From an uncultured virus (IMG/VR IMGVR_UViG_3300047094_001104) (lineage: Duplodnaviria > Heunggongvirae > Uroviricota > Caudoviricetes): a stretch of 64,000 nt of DNA. Shown here in pieces: positions 28,301 to 37,260 of the stretch (positions are counted from its first letter, which is position 1; every line of letters starts with the position of its first letter). The position numbers and the translations under genes are program-made. The stretch lies in IMG/VR virus record IMGVR_UViG_3300047094_001104; one strand, given 5' to 3'. A model generated the notes under the pieces. That model was not told the origin of the DNA. It made no database searches and saw only the letters and a program-made list of their open reading frames with translations.

Positions 28301-31300
28301 CCAAAGCCAATGTAGAGAATGTTCCAGTTAAATTCTTACCCCTTTCTTCTATTTCTTTTTCAACTGTACTATTATCTTTCGGGCCATTTGGGCCATTCGG
28401 ACCGTTAGGGCCATTCGGACCGGACTGAGCCATTTTAGCAAACGCAGCCATAGCTGGATTAGGGGGCACGACTGGCTTATTAACAGCAGGTGCTAATGGA
28501 ACAGATTCCCTAAAAGTAGAAGCTGTTCCGGACTTTAGTCCCTTAGTTAGATTATTTTTCTCTTCAATGATTACAGAACGTAATGCATCTCTTTCTTTAT
28601 TAAGTTTATCAATTGTCTCAATTGATTTTGCTTCTGCCTCATTAAGCTTACCTAATTCCTTGGAAGATTCTCCCGGCCTAGTTGAAACTTGTGCCTTTTG
28701 TTCCTGTATAGCCTTTAGCTTAGTCTGTTCCTCTGAAACAGATTTACCAAGCCGTCCTATCTCAGGTCCAAATTCTTTAGCCAAAGGTCTGCTGCTGACA
28801 GATGAAGTTTTATTAACAGGGGAATTTAATGCTGTAATAGCTAAATTTTCATCTTGTCTTACTTCTTGCGATTTATATGGCCTTAGATCTATATCTGAAG
28901 CCTCAAGACCAGCATAAGTGCTTCCAGCTTTTTCTAGGTGGCTTCTTAACTCGGCCATACCGATGGCGGCATCTGTAGTGCTAAATAAAATTTTTCTTAC
29001 TTCTGGAGTGGCCTTCGCAGCAAATTCAGCAAATAGTTCTTCATTTTTGGCTAAGTATTTTTCAATATTTTCAGCAGAATGTCCAGCAGCTTCCATAGCG
29101 GCCTGCATTATTGGCTTTACCTTTTCCACCACATCAAATTGAAATGTTCCTTCTTGCTGACTAGCTAATTTGGGTCCTGCATAGCCCTCCTTGTTGGCCC
29201 TAGCTGCTCCAAGTGCTGCATCACCTAGGTGCGTAGCCTCATGCACAACAGTCTCTTCAGTAGCACTTGTTTTTGCTCCCTGAATCTGTAAGCCTATAGA
29301 AGATGCACTATCTCCAACTGTAGCTCTACCCCGAGTGCCTTCTCCAAAAGCTTTTGAGCTTCCAAGTTGGGGCGATGCACCAGCTTGAACATTCTCAATG
29401 CCTTTGAATGTGCTCAATATACTGTTTTGGAGAGTTTCGGGCATCAACTCTAGCACACCTGTAAAGACCCTACTAGCATGCTCAAGGTCTTTTATCACAT
29501 TTCCTTGCGCTCTAACAACATCTTTTTCAGCAACGCCACCTTCAAAAAATCTCTGTATACCAGAAACAGTTCCTCCCTTAGCATATTTATTGACCTTATG
29601 GAGATTTCCATAACCAAATGCTTGTGCGGACTTCTTGTTAACGACAAACTCGCCGGGAGTAAGCAGTGCTGGCACTGTATCTGTACCAGAAATTCCACCA
29701 CCAGTAGCCCTTCTTATACCCACTTTCTTTTTCCGCTTCATCGTCCATAAATCTGGATCGGTTACATACGTAGTAACAGATTTTGGACTAAGATCCTTCT
29801 GCCTAATCTCCATTCCTCGTATTCTTCTGTTCGCGTTATTAGAAGCAGATAATAATAGGGCCTTCGCAGCAATACCTGCATGTGTTGCCCCCTTTATATT
29901 ATCATCATCACTATACGTGGTTCCCTCCTTCATGAATTTAGCTTCAGAAGCACCTCCGGGAGAATATGGAAAATCTACATATGCATATGGATTAGTAGAT
30001 GGCCGACCAGTTTTAAATCTTCTACTCTTAGATAGAACCTGCTCAAATCTTTTTCCATACGGGCCACTCAATTTATGGAATAGCTCAATATCTTTCTGAT
30101 TTGGTATTACGTTTTTAAAATTAGCCGTATAATTCATTTTTCTTTTAGCTAGAGCACTAATATTACCTGAAGAATCTTTAAAGCCTTTAAGGGTTTTAAT
30201 GCTCTTATAAGAATCGCTTAATTTCTCTACTGTGCCCCCAAAGCCATATTTATTGATCCCATGCAAAGCGTCAGCCCCCATCGCCTGAGCCGCACTCTTC
30301 CTGATAACGAATTCGCCGGGCTCCAACATAGCCGGTACAGTGTCCCCACTCCCGCTACCGGGAACAAACCCACCTCTTGCTCTCTTGATAGGAGTCCTCA
30401 TACTACCAAAACTAGAACCCGGCAACACCTGAAAAGCTGATCTTGCTAACTTAATTGCCCCCAAAGTAGCTATAAGTGGAATAAGCTCCTTGATAGAATC
30501 AGCGAACCCGATGAATGCATTAGTCAAAGACAAAACCACAGAGACCATAGCTTTAAAGGAGGCAGTATCCATGATATCCCCAATCAGCTTTGAAAAGTTC
30601 TGCTGAGTTTGAGTTATCTTAAAAGCTAATGTCTCTTGAGCCTTGGCCAAGTCGGCAGCAGTCTCAGAGGCAGCATTCTGAGCATCTGCATAAATCCTCT
30701 GCATCTTGGCACCTTGAGTCAAAAGAGGAATGACTCTCGACTGCTGCAAAACACCACCAAGCTGTTCAACTATTTCAGCGAACTGGATAGATCCGGGCTG
30801 AATATTGGCTCTTTGTATCCCCTTCTGAATTTCAAGAATGGCTTCATAGTTACCAATGAAGTTCCCTTTAAGGTCTGTAAGCTCTATGCCAAATTGGCGT
30901 AGGTAGTCAATCGTTTTAGGCCGCTGCAGACGAGAGAAGATTGTTCTAAGACCCGTCGCGATAGTCTCAGAGCTTTCTCTGGTAGTATCTCTGACTGTTG
31001 TGTAAATAGTCACAAGTTCTTCTAAAGACCCACCAGTTGCCGCAAAAACACCGCCCGCCCGCTTGGCCGCATCGACCAAGTCATCAGATTCAACAGCGTA
31101 CTTCTTAGCAACCACATTCAGTAAAGAAAGAACTCTCGCAGACTGCCCAACAGTCTCAGTGAACTGCTTGTTGATAGCAATCAAACCTTCTGTAGTGTTT
31201 GCTATGCTCTCAAATGAGGCTAACAATGTTGTTTTGGCTAATTCATCAGCAGCAGCTTTAGCTTCTCTTAGAGAATAACCGGCTTGGGCCAGAACTCTTA

Positions 31301-31664
31301 TAGTCTCTGCGATTTTTGGGGCGGATAGACCATAAGCAACAGACATATTTCTAATAGACTCAGAATGTTGTTTTATGTCCTGATTACTAACTCCTACTGT
31401 TTGAGCTAATTTAGCTAATTCTTTATCAAACTTAATAGCATCATTTGTAGCACTAGATACAAAAGAAGCAAGTCTAACCATTACCCCGCTGAGTGCAGTG
31501 TAAGCAGCTAAATTTATTCCTTTAAGGGTTATAGTCTCAGAAAAGGTTTTAGCTGTCCTAGTGCCTTTTTCTAGGCGTGAGTTTATATTAGAAATGGCCC
31601 TGTCGACAGAAGAGCTATCTACATTTTCTAGTACTAACCTAGCAGATATGTCGTAAAGGGCCAT
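25392..31664 (-). CDS. Tail tape measure protein with inserted cargo domains (2090 aa)
   Basis: TP901-type core (LAQAG..TLLASF..SETIATGLRTIFSRLQ), long Ala/Lys coiled coils, hydrophobic segments, two DTVPA.L.PGEFV repeats, HEATH motif. Confidence 0.92.
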   Translation of the reverse strand: MALYDISARLVLENVDSSSVDRAISNINSRLEKGTRTAKTFSETITLKGINLAAYTALSGVMVRLASFVSSATNDAIKFDKELAKLAQTVGVSNQDIKQHSESIRNMSVAYGLSAPKIAETIRVLAQAGYSLREAKAAADELAKTTLLASFESIANTTEGLIAINKQFTETVGQSARVLSLLNVVAKKYAVESDDLVDAAKRAGGVFAATGGSLEELVTIYTTVRDTTRESSETIATGLRTIFSRLQRPKTIDYLRQFGIELTDLKGNFIGNYEAILEIQKGIQRANIQPGSIQFAEIVEQLGGVLQQSRVIPLLTQGAKMQRIYADAQNAASETAADLAKAQETLAFKITQTQQNFSKLIGDIMDTASFKAMVSVVLSLTNAFIGFADSIKELIPLIATLGAIKLARSAFQVLPGSSFGSMRTPIKRARGGFVPGSGSGDTVPAMLEPGEFVIRKSAAQAMGADALHGINKYGFGGTVEKLSDSYKSIKTLKGFKDSSGNISALAKRKMNYTANFKNVIPNQKDIELFHKLSGPYGKRFEQVLSKSRRFKTGRPSTNPYAYVDFPYSPGGASEAKFMKEGTTYSDDDNIKGATHAGIAAKALLLSASNNANRRIRGMEIRQKDLSPKSVTTYVTDPDLWTMKRKKKVGIRRATGGGISGTDTVPALLTPGEFVVNKKSAQAFGYGNLHKVNKYAKGGTVSGIQRFFEGGVAEKDVVRAQGNVIKDLEHASRVFTGVLELMPETLQNSILSTFKGIENVQAGASPQLGSSKAFGEGTRGRATVGDSASSIGLQIQGAKTSATEETVVHEATHLGDAALGAARANKEGYAGPKLASQQEGTFQFDVVEKVKPIMQAAMEAAGHSAENIEKYLAKNEELFAEFAAKATPEVRKILFSTTDAAIGMAELRSHLEKAGSTYAGLEASDIDLRPYKSQEVRQDENLAITALNSPVNKTSSVSSRPLAKEFGPEIGRLGKSVSEEQTKLKAIQEQKAQVSTRPGESSKELGKLNEAEAKSIETIDKLNKERDALRSVIIEEKNNLTKGLKSGTASTFRESVPLAPAVNKPVVPPNPAMAAFAKMAQSGPNGPNGPNGPNGPKDNSTVEKEIEERGKNLTGTFSTLALVVSGVASQYVDQETATGRAIGGILDFVSVLSAAQLTLSQFGIDLDPKKIFDIGKDLFTGKGAKLAEQVTGGARQVGKSVFGAGKYVQGIGGKLGQGVVGKAVTGLGSQLQTVGVGVGSKTASAAIGTKVASAATAAAPFVIAGASVLAFGKGLDYLLGREQEAAKAIEEGNIAKAGETAVSVQAQNDLTALATGAAVVATAFGGPLVGAAVGVAVKLAGFIPGVEYAIGGLRNLGAELGLLESTTSIAAKAQFEAAKKNAEKTREKGQERLTKLSSKVKDKESADKVLNSSETKANVAAAIKVANEAKAVIAENDKANVKDASNLSYIKSSSRAASGAGGPLAGSLVKFLGSFVASEEETKARDEDSTKRKQESQAEAKKSLELIMPAIDFKMGESADAGKGWTEFLDSLGENKALVLASGEATNLQEKFDELAIAAKTEAAIRAVLNAQMQKQLITTTGIAEANKKAIAASELGNVVSGLASDSFRGSSLSSAASSEDIDKQSRAAEALGIKGYKENVSAVTKGKSEMTKLETAFATATPEKRQAAQDAITAKKKEIINATGGDATGLEGEALDKAYESTIEGSDKLKNSLIEAAKNTETAINSYIDSVSRASQAQTAYNEAVFNNAQAAQNRQKDLQSFKVGGSTISEIRDRKSAISTNDARANASRLNFVGTSSRLASTGIKIAQTQAQGNIVSPELANTFAALQIKAKEQADAIGLETKNRQALIEAIKEEMEIEKNRGQTFEDLNLALSGGLGKQAKKEAEKQVKAISRVEEIRKTQGDEAANAQLGKEIDRGTLNRQMYTSVIQTEESQRFNQSASMMGANRFESIAGPGAITQDSRSIATGRMTERQKQLQGEATSQTSQIDKNEKALLQGQDASLQLLKASADIFGNSIKDMNTGLTGFNNELKNIVTSLQSGSISMKLDTTNVVVDISSPEGLEALSKQMRQEMKTLIADQLLAQKTGRV

Positions 31665-31685
31665 GACTACTCCACATAAAAGTTA

Positions 31686-32468
31686 CTAAGCTTCTACAGG
31701 TTCCGTAGGTGCAGGATCACAGTTAAAATCATCCTCAAACTCGGCATCTTCTATATTTAGTCCTATCGGATTACCATTTAGGTCAATCCTCTTTCCGTCC
31801 TTGTCGAGCCTATATCCATCTTCGTCGACTTGACGCCCATCGATATCGACTAGGCGACCAGCTTTATCGATGAAATGGCCAGATTCATTGACAAGCTTGA
31901 ATCGCTTCAAAAACTTGTTTTCTACCAATGAATCTTCATATTTCTCGTCTACACCGTAGATAAAATTCGCAAACTTTTCTGCGAGTGCAATGCCTAGCTC
32001 GTCAGAGCCCTTTTCGACATAAGACTCTACAGAATCATAGACTAATTTCTGAGTGTCATAATCAAAGATAGATTTTGCCAAAAGGGCATTGAATCTAGCG
32101 TTATCTGCTTGGGCCTCGACAGAATTTGCCTCCATCTGATTACGCTCAGAAATAAGAGATCTAAATTCTGCACGCTTTTTAGAAAGTTGAATTGCAAGAG
32201 TTTTACCCTCACTAACTTTCATTTTTCCAGAAGACAACTTATATTCAAGTTCACCAATTTCTTTGATGAATTGTTTATAGTTTTCCTCTTTGCTGTCATT
32301 CCATACGCCCTGTTCTCGCATATGGTTCATGAGGCTCTTCTTAAGAAGTGCCCCATCATCAATAGCTTCCCTAAAGGCTCTATTATGGGCCTTTTTTCCT
32401 TCTGCAACGGCTTGTGGGGTAAGCTTGATAAAATAATCTTTTTCCCCAACTGTGAATCTATTTTCCAT
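31686..32468 (-). CDS. Putative tail assembly chaperone
   Basis: Directly upstream of the tape measure; helical, with D-x-D-G repeats at the C-terminus. Confidence 0.55.
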   Translation of the reverse strand: MENRFTVGEKDYFIKLTPQAVAEGKKAHNRAFREAIDDGALLKKSLMNHMREQGVWNDSKEENYKQFIKEIGELEYKLSSGKMKVSEGKTLAIQLSKKRAEFRSLISERNQMEANSVEAQADNARFNALLAKSIFDYDTQKLVYDSVESYVEKGSDELGIALAEKFANFIYGVDEKYEDSLVENKFLKRFKLVNESGHFIDKAGRLVDIDGRQVDEDGYRLDKDGKRIDLNGNPIGLNIEDAEFEDDFNCDPAPTEPVEA

Positions 32469-32706
32469 GATCTCTCCTAAGTGGCATAAAGTAAACTGTC
32501 TTGTATTTGATATCGTACCCGTCTAAATCCCGTTCCAATTCCCTGATCTGAAAATGGCCCTTGTCCAAAATGTCTTTTCTTAGTCCTTCATATTCATCCT
32601 CCTCAAAAATTTCTTTGAACTCTTCCAAACTTGCAAGAGCCCCAATCATTGTTGTCATGATGCGTTTCCGCACCGCCTGATAAAGTTGTACTGCCCCGTT
32701 TCCCAT
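32458..32706 (-). CDS. Hypothetical protein
   Basis: GAGG SD; coupled to the downstream gene. Confidence 0.65.
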   Translation of the reverse strand: MGNGAVQLYQAVRKRIMTTMIGALASLEEFKEIFEEDEYEGLRKDILDKGHFQIRELERDLDGYDIKYKTVYFMPLRRDHGK

Positions 32707-32737
32707 TTTTAACCTCTCAATCCTTGTTGAGGCAAAT

Positions 32738-33652
32738 TTATTTGCCTCTGAAACTTAATTCGTTCTTTTTGATGCCTATCTCTTGTTTTACGTGCGAGAA
32801 CTGACGCTCATCAAGCTCACCTTTAGCGACTAAATCTTTAGCCCTAGACTTTAGAATCTGCTTACCTTCTGCGCTATTTAGACTATTAATCTCTTTAATC
32901 TCCTTCTGGCTAGAAGCCATAACGAAGACCTCCCCAGCGTTCTGATCCGGAAGGGCATTTTTCTTGTCTTCGGTCTCTCTCTTTTTGGCCTGTTTAATAA
33001 ACCAACCATCAACAGCTAGTGGGTCTTTCATGACTGCATTACTTGGGGCATCCATAGATTCACCAATATTGTCGTATAGCTTACTCCAGTAAAGTAGACT
33101 AAGCTGATTGTCGTTGAGCTGGTTTGAACTTACCCCAAAAATAGATTTGGCGTCTTTAGAAACTCCCCATATCATTCTCCAAGTACTGTCAAAATACAAA
33201 GCCCTGATATCTTCCTCTGACATCCTAGAACTTAAAAATTTCCTAGAAAACGCAAACGGGGCGTCTTTATCTCTGAATAAATAATATGCATAAGCCTCAT
33301 CCCTAGCATATTCGCAAGTGTATTCGCTTAGGTAGATTTTCTTCTGAAATGCGATGTTCAATTGATACATTTTGGCGTCGATCGCCTTCTTGATCTTCGT
33401 GCGTTTGGTTTCCAGAGCGAACGCTTCAAAATAATCCATTTTCATTTGCTGCAAATCTTCAAACCCTTTAAGGTAGTCTTCCTCTTGCTGCTGAGTCCAT
33501 AGGCCAATCTCCATCAAATAATCGGCCAATTCTTCTTTACTGAAAGACCCAGACTCAAAGCATTCGTCGTAGACCGCTTCGGCATAAGCCGAAGCTTCAG
33601 CCTTCTCTATAGGGGAGAAATTGGCGATCCTGATCGGCTTTTTAAAAGCCAA
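32738..33652 (-). CDS. Hypothetical protein (tail chaperone region); start uncertain
   Basis: 304-aa helical ORF between the tail tube and tape measure genes; no ATG near the SD. Confidence 0.65.
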   Translation of the reverse strand: MAFKKPIRIANFSPIEKAEASAYAEAVYDECFESGSFSKEELADYLMEIGLWTQQQEEDYLKGFEDLQQMKMDYFEAFALETKRTKIKKAIDAKMYQLNIAFQKKIYLSEYTCEYARDEAYAYYLFRDKDAPFAFSRKFLSSRMSEEDIRALYFDSTWRMIWGVSKDAKSIFGVSSNQLNDNQLSLLYWSKLYDNIGESMDAPSNAVMKDPLAVDGWFIKQAKKRETEDKKNALPDQNAGEVFVMASSQKEIKEINSLNSAEGKQILKSRAKDLVAKGELDERQFSHVKQEIGIKKNELSFRGK

Positions 33653-33717
33653 TAGCGTCGTGTTAGACAGCAGTTCCTGTATGATGGGCTTCGCCCTCCT
33701 AAAGTCCTTATACGAGA

Positions 33718-33737
33718 ATGGGGGCTTTCGCCCCCAT
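33718..33737 (-). terminator. GAAA-tetraloop hairpin after the tail tube gene
   Basis: ATGGGGGC-GAAA-GCCCCCAT on the minus strand. Confidence 0.6.
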
Positions 33738-33765
33738 CAAGTCCGAAGGTTCACGCAGCTAAGGC

Positions 33766-34974
33766 CTACGTAAACCAGTACTTAAAGTAGCTACCAGCCT
33801 CAAGCCCCATTGGGTCTCCAGAGTGTAGAACTACGAAGTCGTTGTTGTTCTGCATTGAGTATGTGATAGAGGCGTTGCCCCCACCAGCGTCCCCACCACC
33901 ATAGCTTACGCTAGTTAGCTTGTTCTTGTTGCCAACCTGAATCACGGTTGAGTCATCAAGACATACCTGAATGGTATGGTTTGACAAGTTACCACCGCTA
34001 GGTACGTCTTCGACAGCGTTGATATTGTCCCCACCAACTGCAATCACCTCAATCTCAGTTGTTACGTTGACTGGGAAGTTAACGTATCTGTAGTATGGGG
34101 CATAAGTACCAAGCTGGTTGATCGCTTCGCGGCCAGCATCAACTGAGAAACTGATAGACTGAACGTGAACGTCGGCAGTATTGATTGTCCCACAATTCTT
34201 GAAGGTCGATGCTCCGTTAGCTCCGGTGGATGGTCCGTTATTAGAAATACCAGTGATAAAACTCGGAAGGACGGTAACGAAACTATTGCCACCGCGAGTC
34301 ACTAAGTCTGATCCGGTCAGGAAGTTGTTTCTTCGCAGGACACCACTATCTGGCGAATCAGGTGAGTCATCCCCGAATGCGAAGACAGAGTTGACAACTC
34401 CACCAGCACCAAGTAGAATACCGGCGGTTCCAGTTGTGGAGATCCACTTCTTGTTGTTCCCAACAAGAGTCAGGCTCTCAGTGAAATTTCCATCTGTCGG
34501 AAGATTGATACTAACTGAAGACCAATACATACCTGAACAATACAACTCAGCGGCCAAACTATCACCACTAGTTACAGCAGAGTCAGTATCGAGACCGATA
34601 ATCATTCTGAGGTCGGCTCTCGCGTTGGCTCTGCCAGAAAGGGTAGGATCGCTAGCAGTAATAGTGGCAGCATGATAGGCCATCGTGTAGCCATCCAGCA
34701 GACGCTCCATAGTCGCCTCGACATCCGGAACTTCTTCCACGTTCTCATAGATCGAAAGCTGACCCAATTCCTGCACGGCTTCAAGACTGAAGTTGGTATT
34801 AACCCCAAGGCTCTGAAGACCATGCATGATGATCATATTGCCGGAACCATTAAAATCGGTTCCAGCATTGCTGGTGCCCCATGCATCTTTTACGCCAGTA
34901 GCCCCCATGTCGCCGATAGCAACACCTTGAGTGGCGTAAAAAACACGCTTATTTGAACTTGTATTAAACGCCAT
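33766..34974 (-). CDS. Major tail tube protein
   Basis: MAF.TSSN.RVFY start; two tube-like halves (LQSLGVNTNFSLEAVQELG; VQSISFSVDAGREAINQLG); GGAG SD; followed by a hairpin. Confidence 0.8.
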   Translation of the reverse strand: MAFNTSSNKRVFYATQGVAIGDMGATGVKDAWGTSNAGTDFNGSGNMIIMHGLQSLGVNTNFSLEAVQELGQLSIYENVEEVPDVEATMERLLDGYTMAYHAATITASDPTLSGRANARADLRMIIGLDTDSAVTSGDSLAAELYCSGMYWSSVSINLPTDGNFTESLTLVGNNKKWISTTGTAGILLGAGGVVNSVFAFGDDSPDSPDSGVLRRNNFLTGSDLVTRGGNSFVTVLPSFITGISNNGPSTGANGASTFKNCGTINTADVHVQSISFSVDAGREAINQLGTYAPYYRYVNFPVNVTTEIEVIAVGGDNINAVEDVPSGGNLSNHTIQVCLDDSTVIQVGNKNKLTSVSYGGGDAGGGNASITYSMQNNNDFVVLHSGDPMGLEAGSYFKYWFT

Positions 34975-35008
34975 TTATTTTCTCCAGTAAAAAGGAACTT
35001 CTAACTAT

Positions 35009-35950
35009 TTATACGCCAAAATGAATTACCTCAGTGGTAATTTTAACTGTGCCAATTTTTAGGGTGCCCAACGAGTATACAGAATCCAGCTTCGCATCTT
35101 TGATATACATGGTTCTGCCAGAATATGTGCTACACAAATCGGGGTAGGTTTTTGCCCCAGAATTTGGGACTCCCCGGTAATCTAGGGGGAAATCATCAGC
35201 GTCTGCGATTTCGTTAAGATCATACATCTTCATGGAGGCTTTAGATTGGTATGTAAGGGCATCCACAAGGGAATCCCGCGTGTAGGAGTCTTCCGCCACA
35301 CAATGGCAGTAGAAATCTGTTTCGACCAATTGGCCACCTCCCAACTGATATGGGGCCAACCTACGCCCCGCCAATTCAACGCCTATTACCGGGAGAGCTT
35401 GGCGGTTTTCGGGCAGGAGTTCATAGATCCCACTTTGTGAGGCGAAGTCCCCATTGGATCTCTCAGATCTCTCCTGTAGCTGCTTAAACCAGCCCAGCCC
35501 ATCTGAGCGTGTAACACTCACATACTTATAGGAGTAGGCCATTTCTACTACAGAGCTTGCGGCTATAGCTGTATCAAACCTTACTGCCCCATTTATGTGG
35601 TCAACATGATAGGCATAAGTACCAGTAGTAGAGGGTGGATATAGAGTTGAATTAACACGAACCCCAGAAACCCCCGGATAGGCTGGATTAGTAGAAGTTA
35701 GGGCTCCGACTCCAGATTCCCAAACTAGATTTGGCCTGAAGGTGGCCCAGACCTGTCCAGATGTATACCGAGGATCATCTACCAAGCGAAGCCTACTATC
35801 AACTCCCCCATAAAGTCCCGTAGATGGAACGGGAACATCAACAAAATTCCCCATCTGGAGAAGGTTGTAGTCTAAATATGAGACCAGATTCTCTTGTATA
35901 TCATTGGTGAGAGTAGAATCCCCCAACCTAACAAAACCTTTTAATGACAT
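35009..35950 (-). CDS. Putative tail terminator/completion protein
   Basis: Upstream of the tail tube; LPVIGVE..PYQLGG..CVAE..RD.LVD pattern. Confidence 0.6.
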   Translation of the reverse strand: MSLKGFVRLGDSTLTNDIQENLVSYLDYNLLQMGNFVDVPVPSTGLYGGVDSRLRLVDDPRYTSGQVWATFRPNLVWESGVGALTSTNPAYPGVSGVRVNSTLYPPSTTGTYAYHVDHINGAVRFDTAIAASSVVEMAYSYKYVSVTRSDGLGWFKQLQERSERSNGDFASQSGIYELLPENRQALPVIGVELAGRRLAPYQLGGGQLVETDFYCHCVAEDSYTRDSLVDALTYQSKASMKMYDLNEIADADDFPLDYRGVPNSGAKTYPDLCSTYSGRTMYIKDAKLDSVYSLGTLKIGTVKITTEVIHFGV

Positions 35951-35957
35951 ACAAGCC

Positions 35958-36611
35958 TCACTGTAGGTAACTGAACATTATGTTGCCAATTTCCGGTAAA
36001 AGAGAAGCAATGGTGTTAACAACAAAGTTATCATCTGCCGTTCCGGCGAAGTTTGGGTCAACTCGGAAGATCTTGCCACTTTCACCAGAGGGGAACATCA
36101 GGGCGAAACCAGACCTACTTGTCCTGAATTCCCCTTTGGCCACGAAAAAGTCATCATAGATGATCGTAGTCCCCTTAGTTAATAGCCACTCCATCCAAGG
36201 AATAAATTCGCCGCTTCTGGGGCTTTGGTATGTTCCTATGCCTTTTAGGATGTCACTGAAGCCATCTGGGAGTATTGAGACCGACATAGACCATGCCGAA
36301 TTCCCCAAAGAGCCCCTATTCTTGATGCCAAGATTCACTTTTACTGATCGCTTTACCACGAACAGGAGTGACTCAATAGCTTCTTCGGCTTCTCCTATAT
36401 TCAAGCCGAAATCAGCCTGAAGTTGGCCAGATATCAAAGATTTCACATGAGGAGTGGCCCTAATCCTTGTCTCTATAAGTTCGCCCACTCTCAAATTAAT
36501 CTGAGGGGCGGCTTTCCTCATCTTCTTGTCAACTTGCTCTACTACCTCAAATAGCACCTTGGCAGATATTGAGGAGGTGGACTCAATAATTTGGATTCGG
36601 GATTTTGCCAT
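35958..36611 (-). CDS. Putative neck/tail completion protein (HK97 gp10-like position)
   Basis: PWMEWLLTKG..AGTADDNFV motif; synteny. Confidence 0.5.
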   Translation of the reverse strand: MAKSRIQIIESTSSISAKVLFEVVEQVDKKMRKAAPQINLRVGELIETRIRATPHVKSLISGQLQADFGLNIGEAEEAIESLLFVVKRSVKVNLGIKNRGSLGNSAWSMSVSILPDGFSDILKGIGTYQSPRSGEFIPWMEWLLTKGTTIIYDDFFVAKGEFRTSRSGFALMFPSGESGKIFRVDPNFAGTADDNFVVNTIASLLPEIGNIMFSYLQ

Positions 36612-37069
36612 TATTTAGTCCAGTGAGCTACGCAGTATTCCCCGTTTAGCCCCCACACTAGAACTTCGCCACTCCTTTGGAGTCTGGCCTCGCCATTAGA
36701 TTCGCTATGAGTTATTAGGAATGAAGCTCTCCTTAGATTATCCATCTGGGAGAGAGTCCCTATCGTCATGCAGGAGCCCGAGATGAACTCAAAGGCTCCC
36801 ACCTTGTCAAAACTCTTCTTGTCGGAATAGACACGAAGTGTCACATCCTCAGTAGTTTCAACTAACTTGGTTGCCTCGCCGCCCCTAATCATTCCCGCTT
36901 GACCCACCTGAGGCGACATAGTCAGCCTCTGCCTTATCTCTGTAGGAGTAGAGGCTATGAGCGATGTCTTCTGATACACTAGCTGACAGGGCACACCAAA
37001 GTTATCCAGAGAGGAAAACAATGACATAGCCTCAGCATATTTAGTGTACACGTTAGCGGGAATTTGCAT
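36611..37069 (-). CDS. Putative head closure (stopper) protein
   Basis: FGVPCQLVY start, beta-rich; synteny. Confidence 0.5.
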   Translation of the reverse strand: MQIPANVYTKYAEAMSLFSSLDNFGVPCQLVYQKTSLIASTPTEIRQRLTMSPQVGQAGMIRGGEATKLVETTEDVTLRVYSDKKSFDKVGAFEFISGSCMTIGTLSQMDNLRRASFLITHSESNGEARLQRSGEVLVWGLNGEYCVAHWTK

Positions 37070-37077
37070 GGATTCGC

Positions 37078-37260
37078 CTAACTTGAGTAGTAGGTTTTGT
37101 CGTCTACACGACTATCGAGGATGCCAGATTGTGCCACAATCACATTGTGCTCAACTCTTGGGTTCACCTTTTTGGTATTGCCCAATTTATCAGCATAAAC
37201 TGTGGCAGTCCCATTCTTATAAACGACTCCAGTACCGGCAAATGATACTACATCTGGCAT
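37078..37260 (-). CDS. Small hypothetical virion protein
   Basis: 60-aa ORF with TAATG coupling in the neck module. Confidence 0.55.
   Translation of the reverse strand: MPDVVSFAGTGVVYKNGTATVYADKLGNTKKVNPRVEHNVIVAQSGILDSRVDDKTYYSS

Noticed and set aside
26803..30099. Long plus-strand ORFs antisense to the tape measure gene (e.g. 26803-27549, 29635-30099) and similar shadows over fibre and capsid genes
   Set aside because: Ser/Ala/Phe-rich mirror translations caused by codon bias of the real minus-strand genes; no SD or domain motifs
31686..33652. Classic programmed -1 frameshift joining tail chaperone genes
   Set aside because: The three ORFs have their own stops, and 32458-32706 and 31686-32468 have SD-ATG starts; no convincing slippery heptamer at a junction was seen
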